64,000 bases of DNA from positions 64,001 through 128,000 of IMG/VR virus record IMGVR_UViG_3300031521_000012; one strand, given 5' to 3'. Position numbers and translations under genes: made by a program. Below are positions 26,167-36,940 of this stretch, piece after piece (within the stretch, counting starts at the first letter, position 1; each line of letters starts with the position of its first letter). Source of the DNA: a virus. Under the pieces are notes generated by a model. It was not told where the DNA came from and did not search any database. It saw only the letters and a program-made list of their open reading frames with translations.

Positions 26167-26455
26167 ACTAAAAACAGCACACGAAGAAGCCTATAGCGAT
26201 AATAGCAAAACACTAGGCGTATTGATAAATTATTCTATTGATACAGAACAACCAGATTGGAAAGAAAGCTTCATCTATATTTTCAATAACGGCACATATA
26301 TTTTCTTTGATACGATAACCAACATGTTTAATTATCTCGTTGGTGAACGAAAAATCAAAAGAGCATATATGTCGGAAGATGATTTTGATTTATATTATGA
26401 TACTGATTTTATTGATGGACAATTTAATGGTTTGCTAGTTTGGACTGACAATTAA
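26156..26455 (+). CDS. hypothetical protein
   Basis: 99-aa ORF. Confidence 0.55.
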   Translation: MKTKLKTAHEEAYSDNSKTLGVLINYSIDTEQPDWKESFIYIFNNGTYIFFDTITNMFNYLVGERKIKRAYMSEDDFDLYYDTDFIDGQFNGLLVWTDN

Positions 26456-26576
26456 TATGGCGTTGATTGATTATAATACGATTATAAGCCACTTTTACAT
26501 CTAAACGATACGAATGTACCTAAACATAAAATCTATCAGTAGAATAGCTTAAAATGAATTCCAGCGGTATATAACA

Positions 26577-26614
26577 GAAATGAGCCGAATAACAATTGTT
26601 ATTCGGCTCATTTC
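26577..26614. terminator. perfect 38-bp palindrome between convergent operons
   Basis: gaaatgagccgaataacaa|ttgttattcggctcatttc. Confidence 0.75.
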
Positions 26615-26639
26615 ATTAGTGAAAGAATGTATGTTATAG

Positions 26640-27485
26640 TTATATCTTTCTGAATATATTCATCATTTGAATCGAGAAATTCATTTGTGTTGCGGATTGC
26701 ATGCCAATGAAATCCAATGTATCCTCTCTATTAAGTTCAATATTTTTCCAATAATATTCAGACAGTTCGTTAAGCGGTAATAATTCATCAACCTTTTTAA
26801 GTTTCAAGAAATCTGCAATCAACATTAATGGTGCATCGTTATAGCCATTAAATTTCCAAATATTTGCAGTATCGATTAAACCAGATTCCCATGGTTTAAT
26901 GCTTAATGATTTTTTAATAATCAATGGCAATTCCTTAACAGTAATAAACTGCTCCACATCATCATCTTTATCCCTATAGACCATGAATCGTTTAATTAGT
27001 AATGGAATGTCATGCGTAGATATATTGAATCCACATAATGTATACAGACTCTCCTTTTTAGCTTCTTTTCTAGCTTCAGATATTAATATGAGATCAGTCA
27101 AAAATGTTTCAATAACGATTCTTTCATTATCATTCGTTATAATTTTCATATCTCTCTTCTGACCATTATCCATATGAAGTATAGCATAGGAAATAGATAA
27201 GATTCTAGTATATTCAGGGTAGTACACTGCATTTTTCAAATATATATCGTTTTGAACGACAAGTATAGATTCATCATTACTAGTAATGATATCTGGAATT
27301 GGCTTTACTTTATCAGTAACATCAAATTTAAATTTGGTTTTAGAAATATACGCCCAACGTTCAAACATTGGCTTATCATTAATAAATAAATCATATAATG
27401 ACTTATGAATTAAAACTGGTTTAACATTAATGAATAGCATATCATATATGCTTGCTTTGTTAAAGATTTCGTCAAATTGTGACAT
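26640..27485 (-). CDS. PolB-type 3'-5' exonuclease-like protein, apparently inactive
   Basis: PEYTRILSIS, CGFNISTHDIPLL, KPWE..LIDT..WKF; ExoI DIET appears replaced by NVKP. Confidence 0.6.
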   Translation of the reverse strand: MSQFDEIFNKASIYDMLFINVKPVLIHKSLYDLFINDKPMFERWAYISKTKFKFDVTDKVKPIPDIITSNDESILVVQNDIYLKNAVYYPEYTRILSISYAILHMDNGQKRDMKIITNDNERIVIETFLTDLILISEARKEAKKESLYTLCGFNISTHDIPLLIKRFMVYRDKDDDVEQFITVKELPLIIKKSLSIKPWESGLIDTANIWKFNGYNDAPLMLIADFLKLKKVDELLPLNELSEYYWKNIELNREDTLDFIGMQSATQMNFSIQMMNIFRKI

Positions 27486-27511
27486 AGAATAACTGAATTA
27501 AAGGATTTATA

Positions 27512-27874
27512 CTATTGGTTGAATAAAAATTGAAAAATTTTCTTGCGTGAATTGATTACTTCAATTCGAGTTTCTTTATGTATTACAGCAATATCATAAA
27601 AATCATATGATTCGAGCAATGCTCTGGTATATTGTTCTGCTTTATCGTGCTTCAAAATATATTTAATATATTTTTTTATCTTTTTTTGCCTTGACTTACT
27701 TACTTGTTTCTTTTCTATTTCAGAAATAAATAAATCACCAAGCGTATCAATTTCACGTGCAGCAGTGGCTTTTTTACGTTCAGCATCATCTTTTAGATAT
27801 TTTTTGAACGTCTTATAATTATCATGATCATTATCATCACAATCAATTGATAATAGGTTTTTATCTTCAGCCAT
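27512..27874 (-). CDS. hypothetical protein
   Basis: 120-aa ORF. Confidence 0.55.
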   Translation of the reverse strand: MAEDKNLLSIDCDDNDHDNYKTFKKYLKDDAERKKATAAREIDTLGDLFISEIEKKQVSKSRQKKIKKYIKYILKHDKAEQYTRALLESYDFYDIAVIHKETRIEVINSRKKIFQFLFNQ

Positions 27875-27885
27875 CGGTGGAAAAG

Positions 27886-28422
27886 TTATTCTGCTTTAGG
27901 CGGTTTTGCAGTATCCAGTTTATCTGTAGGTTGATAACCTTCTCTGAATGGTACTTCTGGCGTGACACTAACTACGTCAGTAGCTGATTCTTTAGGCTTC
28001 CTACCTCTTTTTTTACTGACTTTAGGAATATCATTATCGGCTAATTCAGCAAAAGAGTTTACTCTAAGTTCATCAAGCTCTTTATAGAATTTCTTAACTT
28101 GTTCTTCCATAACCCCTTTCATCTTATCCATTTCGTCCTTAAACTCACGTTCTCTTTCAGCAATTTTTTCATTTGTAAGGATAACCATTTCAACAAAGTC
28201 AACAAGATCATCAGCAATGACATTATCATCTTTAGGATATATTCTAATAACTTTACCAATTTCGTTTTCGCTTAAAATCTCACATCCTACTTCTTTATTT
28301 TCAGTAAACACCCATCCCGCAGGAATACCAATCTCCAGCTCATACCAACCCTTAGTAGTGTTTCGTGAAAGCTTTAGCATATATCCTGTTATGCTATCCA
28401 ATGCTTCTTCAATTGTATTCAT
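27886..28422 (-). CDS. hypothetical coiled-coil protein
   Basis: 178-aa ORF. Confidence 0.6.
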   Translation of the reverse strand: MNTIEEALDSITGYMLKLSRNTTKGWYELEIGIPAGWVFTENKEVGCEILSENEIGKVIRIYPKDDNVIADDLVDFVEMVILTNEKIAEREREFKDEMDKMKGVMEEQVKKFYKELDELRVNSFAELADNDIPKVSKKRGRKPKESATDVVSVTPEVPFREGYQPTDKLDTAKPPKAE

Positions 28423-28617
28423 TTAAAATAAATATGTAAAAAATAATGTTAATGATGCCCAAAGCATAAGCTTTTCGGCAGTCGAAATTTCAAACTTCGA
28501 TTCGTTGTTTAGAACAAATCTTCCATACATTTTCATCAATAGATTTGTTAAAACATATATGATGAAAATGATGGAAGATATGAACAAAAACTGATATATT
28601 TCAGCTATTATAGACAT
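28423..28617 (-). CDS. small two-TM membrane protein (holin candidate)
   Basis: Two hydrophobic segments; lies near the endolysin. Confidence 0.4.
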   Translation of the reverse strand: MSIIAEIYQFLFISSIIFIIYVLTNLLMKMYGRFVLNNESKFEISTAEKLMLWASLTLFFTYLF

Positions 28618-28620
28618 GAC

Positions 28621-28887
28621 TTATTCAGCGTGAGTTTGTCCTTGTTGTGGTTGAGCTGCAACTGGTGCAGGAGTACCGTCAGCATTAACAGGTGCTTCAG
28701 TGAAATACTGCTCAATCAGTCCCATCTTAGCATTCAATAATGCTATTTGTTCCAAAAAGTAGGTCATTTCATTGATTTTGTTTTTATAATTCATGTTTAC
28801 ATCCTGTGCTAAGCGTACCAATTCGATTTCAGCGAAGTACTTGTCATTTTGGACTTTGTTTGTCAAGTCTAATTTTAAATTTGCCAT
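28621..28887 (-). CDS. hypothetical protein
   Basis: 88-aa ORF. Confidence 0.55.
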   Translation of the reverse strand: MANLKLDLTNKVQNDKYFAEIELVRLAQDVNMNYKNKINEMTYFLEQIALLNAKMGLIEQYFTEAPVNADGTPAPVAAQPQQGQTHAE

Positions 28888-28962
28888 TGTTTTGTTTAAT
28901 TTTAAATAATATTATTTTTATACTGTAAAAGTAGTCATTCTAAATACTAAATGCAAGAATTT

Positions 28963-29406
28963 TTATACTATTTCTAAAATATTTTTTTCTTCTTTTATTG
29001 ATGTGTTTTGTATCTTGTATATTTCAACTAAAATATTCAAAATGTTTTTATTTTTTTGCTTGTTATCGACCTCAAAAATACCTCTCCAAAATTTTTCGAA
29101 GTATGGTAATGATATATCCAAATTTGAATTCTCTTGTGCTCTGTAAAACTGATGATAATAATATGATCGATAGTATTCTCTCAATTCATTGTTATCTGTA
29201 AAATCAATTCCCTCAAGCTTAAACTCTTCACAAACTTTATTAAAGCACCATGAAAAATGGTTATTGATGTTAGTATCTGTGTATAAACTTTCATAATCAA
29301 TATAATATTCATATATGTAATAAAGTAAATTAATTGAAAAATCTCTATATAACTCCACTCTATCCTTAATAATATTATATTTTTTACTGTTGGTATTGTT
29401 TGCCAT
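28963..29406 (-). CDS. hypothetical protein
   Basis: 147-aa ORF with HFSWCFNK motif. Confidence 0.6.
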   Translation of the reverse strand: MANNTNSKKYNIIKDRVELYRDFSINLLYYIYEYYIDYESLYTDTNINNHFSWCFNKVCEEFKLEGIDFTDNNELREYYRSYYYHQFYRAQENSNLDISLPYFEKFWRGIFEVDNKQKNKNILNILVEIYKIQNTSIKEEKNILEIV

Positions 29407-29407
29407 A

Positions 29408-30085
29408 TTAAAATAAATTAAAATACTCCTTTTTCATTACATTTAAATCAATATTTCCATTATAGCCATCAACAGCACCCTTTTCAGTAAACTGCCAAAT
29501 CTTCCATTCTTTCCATCCATTGGGTATTAATGGTAGGCTTACTTCTGGATTGTTTGGATAGCCTGCAAGCCATAATGGATTTGCTCCAAATATCGGGCTA
29601 CTGTTAGTATCAGCAAAGCTTTTATATGAATAAAATATCGTTGATACGTTATGCTGCTTTAATCCATTAATGAATGTTGTAATAAACTTATTCATATGGT
29701 CTACCTTATTATCCCATACAACACTTGTTGAATATGCTTCAAGGTCTAGTACTAACGGTAAATCGGCTTTAGGTAGCACTGCTAAATGTGCAAGTACATT
29801 GAAAACCTCTTCGTTAGCATCGTTTTCTGGTATAGACACGTTACCCGGTCTGGCAAAATGATAATATCCTATTTTAACCCCATTTTTTTGAGCATCCAAT
29901 ACTCTATTTTTTAAATTATATTTGCTATCTTCATCAACTGTTGTTCCTTCAGTCATTTTAATAAAAGCAAATTCAATTCCAGCAGCCTTTGCTTTACTCC
30001 AATTAATATCGTTTTGATATTTAGAACAATCAAGACCTAATACAGCATTTAATTCTGCTAATCGTTTTTTTGATATGTTTGCCAT
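29408..30085 (-). CDS. GH25 muramidase (endolysin)
   Basis: GLDCSKYQ, FAFIKMTEG, GYYHF, LDLE, WQFT, DLN. Confidence 0.92.
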   Translation of the reverse strand: MANISKKRLAELNAVLGLDCSKYQNDINWSKAKAAGIEFAFIKMTEGTTVDEDSKYNLKNRVLDAQKNGVKIGYYHFARPGNVSIPENDANEEVFNVLAHLAVLPKADLPLVLDLEAYSTSVVWDNKVDHMNKFITTFINGLKQHNVSTIFYSYKSFADTNSSPIFGANPLWLAGYPNNPEVSLPLIPNGWKEWKIWQFTEKGAVDGYNGNIDLNVMKKEYFNLF

Positions 30086-30131
30086 AGTTATGTATTTAAC
30101 ATAAATACTATAGCCATATATAATTTTTTAT

Positions 30132-30172
30132 AAAAAAAATGGAGCACCATTATGATGCTCCATTTTTTTTTT
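30132..30172. terminator. bidirectional intrinsic terminator
   Basis: A8-tggagca...tgctcca-T-run. Confidence 0.75.
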
Positions 30173-31073
30173 ACTTGCTTATTAAAAGAGAATTTAGTTT
30201 ATCTTCGATATTTTCATCGTACTTGACACGTATTAGAGCTATGTTGTTTTCCATACAATAGTCATTTTTTATTTTATCTCTGTTTTGTTGAATTTCAAAC
30301 ATCGCTTCGCCACCAAAATGTTTAATTGGTTCAAAATGCTGTATTCCGTCGTATTCAATATATACATTTAAATCAGGAAGATAAAAATCGAAAAACAGTT
30401 TTAAAATATTTTTACAATCATTTTCAGATTTTTGCGCTATATATTTAATATTGTTTTTAATGAAAAATCCTTCAATAAATTTTTCTCCCTTTGATTGCCT
30501 ACATTTAGGGCAACCTCGACCATATAAATGTCCGCTTGGTGTTTGTTCAAAAATTCCGTGCTCAGCACAAATTATTTTAACTTTCTTCTTTCCATGCTTA
30601 TAATCAACTATAGAATAATCATATCTATTGTTATGTATCACATTCGATCTATCAATAAAACTACCACATGTTCTTCTATGATTGTTTGCGTTTTCATCAT
30701 AAGCACAATCAGGACATTTACATCCTCTCAGATGATTTTGAGGTAACTGAGAAAACATGCCATGAATTGGGCAGATAATGTTTACGCTAGTTATCGAGTT
30801 AACATATTCAACCAAAGAATAATCATATTTATTAGAATGAATTTTGTTTCCCTTATCAATAAAGCTATTTTTATTATATGTTATACCGCCATTACATTTA
30901 GAACAACCCTTACCACATAAATGATCATTAGGTCTCTGCTCGAAAACACCATGTATATTACAAATAATTTTTATCTTACTGTAGCTATTTACATAATCAA
31001 CTAATGAATAGTCATATTTGGTTTTATGAATAACACTAGCTTTTTCGATAAATGCATTAGTCATATCAATCAT
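30171..31073 (-). CDS. free-standing homing endonuclease (three CxxH/CxxC repeats plus Vsr/DUF559-like nuclease)
   Basis: YDYSLVxY...IICxxHGxFxQxPxxHL.G.GCxxC x3; FDFYLP...IEYDGIQH. Confidence 0.8.
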   Translation of the reverse strand: MIDMTNAFIEKASVIHKTKYDYSLVDYVNSYSKIKIICNIHGVFEQRPNDHLCGKGCSKCNGGITYNKNSFIDKGNKIHSNKYDYSLVEYVNSITSVNIICPIHGMFSQLPQNHLRGCKCPDCAYDENANNHRRTCGSFIDRSNVIHNNRYDYSIVDYKHGKKKVKIICAEHGIFEQTPSGHLYGRGCPKCRQSKGEKFIEGFFIKNNIKYIAQKSENDCKNILKLFFDFYLPDLNVYIEYDGIQHFEPIKHFGGEAMFEIQQNRDKIKNDYCMENNIALIRVKYDENIEDKLNSLLISK

Positions 31074-31078
31074 ATTAA

Positions 31079-33418
31079 TTATAACTTAATATTCTTAGTA
31101 CTTGTATATGTTGCTGGTTTATATCCAAGCAAATGTTTCATTTTATTCACTTCTTCATTAATAATAGGTGCTTGTTTTATTTCATTTTCATTCAGTTTTT
31201 GTGCGGAATTTTTTATTACATATACGCTTTTACCATCAGTAAAGAACCTATGCTCTGCTAGCACATTCACAACGCTTTCATTAACACTTACTTTATTATC
31301 AACAGTTTTACTATTATAAGCGTTTCCCAAGCCTGTGAAATCAAGTTCAAATAAGTCACCAATGGCACTAGTATCTACAAATTTAGCTTCATTTAAATTA
31401 AAATCAATAATATGTTTTTTATTAAGAGCATTTGCATATCTACCACTTATCATCGATTCCTTTAAACCCGTTCTTTCATTCCAACCAGATTGCTCTTTAT
31501 CAAATTGTACTTTTTTAGCGGTAGCTTGCATAACTGGTTGATTATCCTTATTATACATTGGAGCTTTTCCAAAATCTTCCAATTGTTTTTCTCTAATTTC
31601 ATAAACAGCATCGCCCATATCTGCCTTTTGTCTATCCTCAAATTTTTGATCGGGCTTATTATCATAGACTAAACTATGCATTCCTTTACGATAAAGATTT
31701 ACCTCGTCCTGTTCTTCAGTGGTTAGATTACGTTTTGTAACTTCGTCACCGTCTTCATTAGTAGAATTACCAACGTTTTTAAACGCTTCACCCTTATTAG
31801 CTTTAAGACCTGTTTTTTCAATGTCTTGACCGAGCTTTTGCGGGTCTTTACCTACTTCGGTTTGCTGATCTTTCCACATTAATTCTTTTTCAACATTAAT
31901 AATATCTTTAGTACCACTATGTTGTAAATCCTTTTTAAAATTGGTTTCATTTTCAGCACCAACACGATCTCTAAGAATCAATGCTGATGGTTTTCTATCT
32001 TCTGCCATTTTCTTTAGTTTATCGTGATGAATCGAATAAGCATTCAATTCGTTATTAATTTCTTCAAATAAATTTGCATTTTCTGTTACATCATTCATGC
32101 CTACAGGAACGCCACCAGCAGATACTGTTCCAGCAGCTGCTGGTTTATTTGACATTGATGTTGGGTCGTCTTGGATCATTGATTGATCAGTTTCGTTTAT
32201 ATTCATTTCTTCTCTCCATGTTTTATAATCATATACAATATCGTGTCCAAATCTATAAACCCCAATATCTGTGTGACCATCAGGATATTTAGCGTTAACA
32301 AATTCCCATTTAATACCACCAAGCATAAAAGGTACTTCACCTTTTCTATCTGATACGTATTCAACGGCATCTTGCAAACTTAACTCGTTTAGTACTTTAT
32401 TTTCGCTAGCCTTTACGGGTAACTTATCTAATTTTGTTGAGGCAAAATCCTTAACATCACTATGCTTCATCGTGCTTGCAGCTTTTTCAACACTACCACC
32501 AACCTTATTAGGACTTAGCTTACCGCTTTGAACTGCATCGACCATGCCCATGAATTTTTGTTGCTTTTGTGAAACAGCTTTTTCCTCAAGATTTGGTTGA
32601 GTCATAGTGCCTTTATTTATTGTATTTAATTCAAGATTTGTATCAGCTGAACCCCATTGTTTAACACCACTACTGGTGAAAGCATTTGACTTATCAATGA
32701 TATAATCATTTACCTTAGCATTAGTATCTGGTGGTACATTATTTTGTTGTGAAAGATGTGGGTCTTCGATTCCTATTTGTTCATTCAAAGATTCAACATA
32801 TTTTTCAAAGCCAGATGTGTCAATAAGATAATTAGTACTCTCTTGAATGATAGTACCACCCTGCCATATAGGTTTACGCATTGCAGCACTCTTACCACCC
32901 TTCATTAAATCGCCACCACCCCAAGCAGCAGGACCTACATAAGCACCTGATGATGCAGATGTTGTTGTTTCATTAGCAACTTGTTTAGTGTAACCTAATG
33001 CTGGTGCAAAAGCACCTGCGCCACCACCACCAGCACCTGTTGTTTCATTTGCCGATTGTGGAGTAAATTGTGGGTCTTTGTGATGCATTGTTTCTTCACC
33101 AGTTTTTCTTAACTGATTAATACCGCTTTTGTCTCTACGTTTCTTTTCATGTGGTATTGCCATCTTATATTTTTGTAAATATTTGGGACTGTTTAATACG
33201 TAGTCGTTGAAAATCAGGTTGTTAACAGTTTCATTCGCATGGTAGCCGTATCGGTCCACCCCATTTTCCATCATACTATCATAAACACTTGTTAGTTTGG
33301 GGTCGGAAAAAATTAGTGCTTCCATTTTGCCTAAACTAAATATTTTCTTTTTTAACGACTGTTCTTTTTCAGTTAACAACTGATCTGTTTCGTTTAATTT
33401 AAAATCAATTTGACCCAT
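31079..33418 (-). CDS. large low-complexity virion protein, probably internal head protein
   Basis: Repeated ANETT/LNE/INE motifs; EEKAVSQKQQKFMG (DUF3008-like); C-terminal EEVNKMKHLLGY. Confidence 0.5.
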   Translation of the reverse strand: MGQIDFKLNETDQLLTEKEQSLKKKIFSLGKMEALIFSDPKLTSVYDSMMENGVDRYGYHANETVNNLIFNDYVLNSPKYLQKYKMAIPHEKKRRDKSGINQLRKTGEETMHHKDPQFTPQSANETTGAGGGGAGAFAPALGYTKQVANETTTSASSGAYVGPAAWGGGDLMKGGKSAAMRKPIWQGGTIIQESTNYLIDTSGFEKYVESLNEQIGIEDPHLSQQNNVPPDTNAKVNDYIIDKSNAFTSSGVKQWGSADTNLELNTINKGTMTQPNLEEKAVSQKQQKFMGMVDAVQSGKLSPNKVGGSVEKAASTMKHSDVKDFASTKLDKLPVKASENKVLNELSLQDAVEYVSDRKGEVPFMLGGIKWEFVNAKYPDGHTDIGVYRFGHDIVYDYKTWREEMNINETDQSMIQDDPTSMSNKPAAAGTVSAGGVPVGMNDVTENANLFEEINNELNAYSIHHDKLKKMAEDRKPSALILRDRVGAENETNFKKDLQHSGTKDIINVEKELMWKDQQTEVGKDPQKLGQDIEKTGLKANKGEAFKNVGNSTNEDGDEVTKRNLTTEEQDEVNLYRKGMHSLVYDNKPDQKFEDRQKADMGDAVYEIREKQLEDFGKAPMYNKDNQPVMQATAKKVQFDKEQSGWNERTGLKESMISGRYANALNKKHIIDFNLNEAKFVDTSAIGDLFELDFTGLGNAYNSKTVDNKVSVNESVVNVLAEHRFFTDGKSVYVIKNSAQKLNENEIKQAPIINEEVNKMKHLLGYKPATYTSTKNIKL

Positions 33419-33422
33419 AATA

Positions 33423-34457
33423 TTATATATTTATTGCTTTTGGATAGAATTCATCCAACCAATTATTTTTATGTGAAATAAAATAAGCACCACTACATTT
33501 ATGCGAAAAATCAAATCTTGTGTTATAATTTAATGCAGCTTCTTTACATGTTTCATAATTCCAATAGCCGTTTGGTCTTTTTTGTATGATCATATGCAAA
33601 CATATTTCATTTAACCATCCATTTTTACGTGAGCTTATATACGCTGATGAATACTTCATTGAAAATTCTTTTCTGGTCTTGCACAACAATGCAACACTTT
33701 TGCATTTTTCTTTATTCCATATTTTTATATTTCCACCTAATCCACCAGTATCAGTCCTATTTAAAATATTCCAACCATTTTTTCTGTATTCAGCAACGCC
33801 ATTTTTTTCCAGTTTTTGTGCTTCTACAACATCGATATACCCATCAGATAATTCTTTCTTAATTGGGGTTAAACCAGTTTTTTGAATGTATTCATAAACA
33901 GAGCCAGATATTTCATTATGTTGCCTATCCCTTCTTCCTTTATTACAGGTAATACCAACATACACATGATTATCTGAAAATTCATATGAATATACCAATC
34001 GTTTTCTTAAATTACCGAATACTTCCATATGTGAGCAAAAATCATTCAGCCATCCATTGCGCCTTGACACATTATATGCTCCAACATAGTTTGAGCGAAA
34101 TTCACTTCTGGTTTTACATAATAAAGCAACCTCATTGCACCGTTCTTTATTCCAATAGCCAGATGGTTTAATATTATTATTCATTTCCTGAATTGTAGCA
34201 TATTTCTCTCTACTACGTTTATTAATTTCTTCTTTATGAGCTGCATGTCTTTCGCTACTACGTTTACTGATTTTTTCTTTATTATTTTCACGATAATTAG
34301 CATGTCGCTCTTTTAATTTATTTTTATTTTTTAATCGATATTCTTTATCATATTCTCTTTTTGCATCAGCATTTTTTAAACGAAGTTCACGTAGCTTATC
34401 ACTATTAAGCTCTTTCCATTCTTTATTATATGCAGTTTTTTCCTCCTTCGTTCTCAT
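33423..34457 (-). CDS. GIY-YIG homing endonuclease with W..E.C...F....AY....GWL repeats (start corrected to MRTKEEK)
   Basis: VYSYEFSDNHVYVGIT, E..GWNILN; basic helical N-terminus. Confidence 0.75.
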   Translation of the reverse strand: MRTKEEKTAYNKEWKELNSDKLRELRLKNADAKREYDKEYRLKNKNKLKERHANYRENNKEKISKRSSERHAAHKEEINKRSREKYATIQEMNNNIKPSGYWNKERCNEVALLCKTRSEFRSNYVGAYNVSRRNGWLNDFCSHMEVFGNLRKRLVYSYEFSDNHVYVGITCNKGRRDRQHNEISGSVYEYIQKTGLTPIKKELSDGYIDVVEAQKLEKNGVAEYRKNGWNILNRTDTGGLGGNIKIWNKEKCKSVALLCKTRKEFSMKYSSAYISSRKNGWLNEICLHMIIQKRPNGYWNYETCKEAALNYNTRFDFSHKCSGAYFISHKNNWLDEFYPKAINI

Positions 34458-34470
34458 AACAGTCTGATTA

Positions 34471-34677
34471 TTACTTAATTGCATCAATCCAAAAATTCTT
34501 TTTGACCCATAACATCTTATAAACACTTTCCATAGCGTTTTTAACGGTGGTAATTAGTTCATCCCTAGTATGGCTATTGGGATTATGCAATATCTTTTTG
34601 ATTTCATTATCCAACTGGTCAACGATAAATCGTTTAATTTCGTCATTAACAACTTCTTTTACTTCTTTTTTGTCCAT
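34471..34677 (-). CDS. hypothetical protein (start MDKKEV)
   Basis: Late-type motif at 34695-34703 directly upstream. Confidence 0.55.
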   Translation of the reverse strand: MDKKEVKEVVNDEIKRFIVDQLDNEIKKILHNPNSHTRDELITTVKNAMESVYKMLWVKKNFWIDAIK

Positions 34678-34788
34678 AATATGTTCAGTTGTTAATAAAT
34701 ACTTATCAGACACAAAAAATTGATAGTAAACGCAAAGAACCTATATTTATATTAAACATAGATTCTTTTACATGTAAAATATTGCTAT

Positions 34789-35580
34789 TTACTTAGTCAA
34801 GTACCAGTAAGTAGCTGCGCCCAATACGCCCCCTGTACCAATATATATTAAGTTATTACCGCTTTTGCTAAAGAAATTTCCAACTCTTTTCCAAAAATTA
34901 GGCTTGATTTCCGTTTTGTTTAATTCTGGAATAGCATAGCTATCAATATTTACTGTGCTAAAAAATCCATTTGAATTGGAAACATTAAATGAAATAGGAT
35001 ATCCTTCTTTTCTATTATCTTTCCAATTAAAAGAAACAAATTGTGTGTTTGGAAAAAATAGTGAATCAATACGTAATGTTGGTTTTAATTTCGGATTGAA
35101 TGGTAATACATTACCAATAGTAAATCCGTAATTAAACATTTTCTTATCGTTAACATATCTAGCAGTAAATGTTACTGTTTTCTTTGTTGTATCAACAACA
35201 GTCTGTCCTGCATGTAATAATGAATCAACTCTCGCTTGCGTTTTAATAAGTGCTGCTGTTATAACAGAGCTATTCTTTTCAGCTTCTTTAATTCTAGCGG
35301 TTAATTCCTTTTCAGATTGTGTAAGTTGACCATTCATTTTTTGTAACTCTTTAAGACTTAACTGAATGGTTAGCTTTTCAGCAACCAACTCTTTGTTTTT
35401 ATTCTTATGATATGTTACAGTATCGATCAATGCATTTCTTAGTTTAATTTCGCTTGCTACCTTATCATTAAGTTTAGCTACTTTATTGCTATAAAGCTTC
35501 CATCCACCGCCAATTGCTAATAGTAATATTACACCTGCAATGATTAGCGTAGTTAAATTAATTGTTATGTTTGTTTTCAT
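34789..35580 (-). CDS. membrane-anchored coiled-coil protein (spanin-like candidate)
   Basis: N-terminal TM, long coiled coil, C-terminal hydrophobic tail; late-type motif upstream. Confidence 0.45.
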   Translation of the reverse strand: MKTNITINLTTLIIAGVILLLAIGGGWKLYSNKVAKLNDKVASEIKLRNALIDTVTYHKNKNKELVAEKLTIQLSLKELQKMNGQLTQSEKELTARIKEAEKNSSVITAALIKTQARVDSLLHAGQTVVDTTKKTVTFTARYVNDKKMFNYGFTIGNVLPFNPKLKPTLRIDSLFFPNTQFVSFNWKDNRKEGYPISFNVSNSNGFFSTVNIDSYAIPELNKTEIKPNFWKRVGNFFSKSGNNLIYIGTGGVLGAATYWYLTK

Positions 35581-35618
35581 AATTTTATAATATTTTATAA
35601 TAAATACTGTTGCTTCGA

Positions 35619-36425
35619 TTATTTGTAGTCAAGCCTGTCACGTTTTATATGTCGATTTGTATATGAACATAATGGCTGAAGATTAGTATAATGATTTAAT
35701 CTAATTACATCTTCTTCAGTAACAGCTGTTGATAACGGTATTATATGATCAATATCCCAAGCAACATTAATTTCAATAGGAGTCCCATTCCAATTGCCTT
35801 TATTCTCCCAATTCATCCAAGATTCAAACTTAGATTCTAAATACAATCTAAACTCGTCATATTCACATCCTAGAATGTCTGCGGTTCTACTGGTTTTTTT
35901 AAATCCACATCTTTTAAACGAAATTCTTATCAAATTTTTAATCTGTTCTTTAAAACGATAAATATCATCACTATAATATTTATCTAAAGCATATTTATTA
36001 ATTTTTTCTTTATTGGCTTTAGAATATCTATTTTTACTTAGCAATATTTTATCTCTGTTTTTTTCTCGGTAAATAGCTTTTTGCTTAGAAATTTTTTCTT
36101 TATTTTTGTTTCTACGGATAGCATCCCTTTTCGAAATTTCTTCTTTATGAATTATCCTATAGGCAGCAGCCTTTTTTGAAATTAATTCTTTGTTTTTTAT
36201 ATAATATTCAGATTTATATTTAAGAATTTTTTCTTTATTAACTTCAGCATACTCAGCCTTTTCTTTAGCAATTTTTTCTTTGTTAACTTTTCTATAAACA
36301 GAAGCTAGTTCTGATATATTTTTTTTATTATTCAGATAATATTCGGAATTTAATTTATCTAACTTCTCCTTATTTTTTAAGTAATATTTTCTAAAATACT
36401 CTTTTTCTTCTTCCTTTGTTTTCAT
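35619..36425 (-). CDS. HNH homing endonuclease (start corrected to MKTKEEE)
   Basis: ILGC, WMNWEN, WDIDHIIPLS, NHYTNLQPL; Y..NKEKI repeats. Confidence 0.82.
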   Translation of the reverse strand: MKTKEEEKEYFRKYYLKNKEKLDKLNSEYYLNNKKNISELASVYRKVNKEKIAKEKAEYAEVNKEKILKYKSEYYIKNKELISKKAAAYRIIHKEEISKRDAIRRNKNKEKISKQKAIYREKNRDKILLSKNRYSKANKEKINKYALDKYYSDDIYRFKEQIKNLIRISFKRCGFKKTSRTADILGCEYDEFRLYLESKFESWMNWENKGNWNGTPIEINVAWDIDHIIPLSTAVTEEDVIRLNHYTNLQPLCSYTNRHIKRDRLDYK

Positions 36426-36433
36426 TAAAAATA

Positions 36434-36940
36434 TTATTGCTGAATCATATTGTTCCGCCAATATTTGGAAAAATTATCGTAATACATTTCAACTCTTTTA
36501 ATAATCTCATCGTTTTCAGGATTATCTGGAGAAAAATCATCTGTGTAATCAAATTCAACATGACTTGTAGTTTCATCAGGAGTGACAGTGAAAACAAATT
36601 TAATTACTCCGGCTATTGTACCACCAAAAAAGACCAGATTATCGTAGATTTCCAAATCAATAAACTTGATATTAACGTTTAAATCTTTGAAGAAGTTTAT
36701 CATCTTTTGTTCTTCAGTTGATTGGTCGAATACTGTTTTTTTGTTTGTAGCTGTTTTCCTTTCGTCATTAACATCTTCATTCAACGTGCTCTTACTACGT
36801 GTTATTTTAAGCATATCACGCATAGTTAAGTCTTTTCGTGGCTTTTTTTCTAATTCATTTATATTATAGTTTCCATCACGCATCCTTTTCATAAGAATTC
36901 GCATTTGATTGGGTGTACTCTTGCTATTTATGTTGCTCAT
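36434..36940 (-). CDS. hypothetical virion-associated protein
   Basis: 168-aa ORF with late-type motif upstream. Confidence 0.5.
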   Translation of the reverse strand: MSNINSKSTPNQMRILMKRMRDGNYNINELEKKPRKDLTMRDMLKITRSKSTLNEDVNDERKTATNKKTVFDQSTEEQKMINFFKDLNVNIKFIDLEIYDNLVFFGGTIAGVIKFVFTVTPDETTSHVEFDYTDDFSPDNPENDEIIKRVEMYYDNFSKYWRNNMIQQ

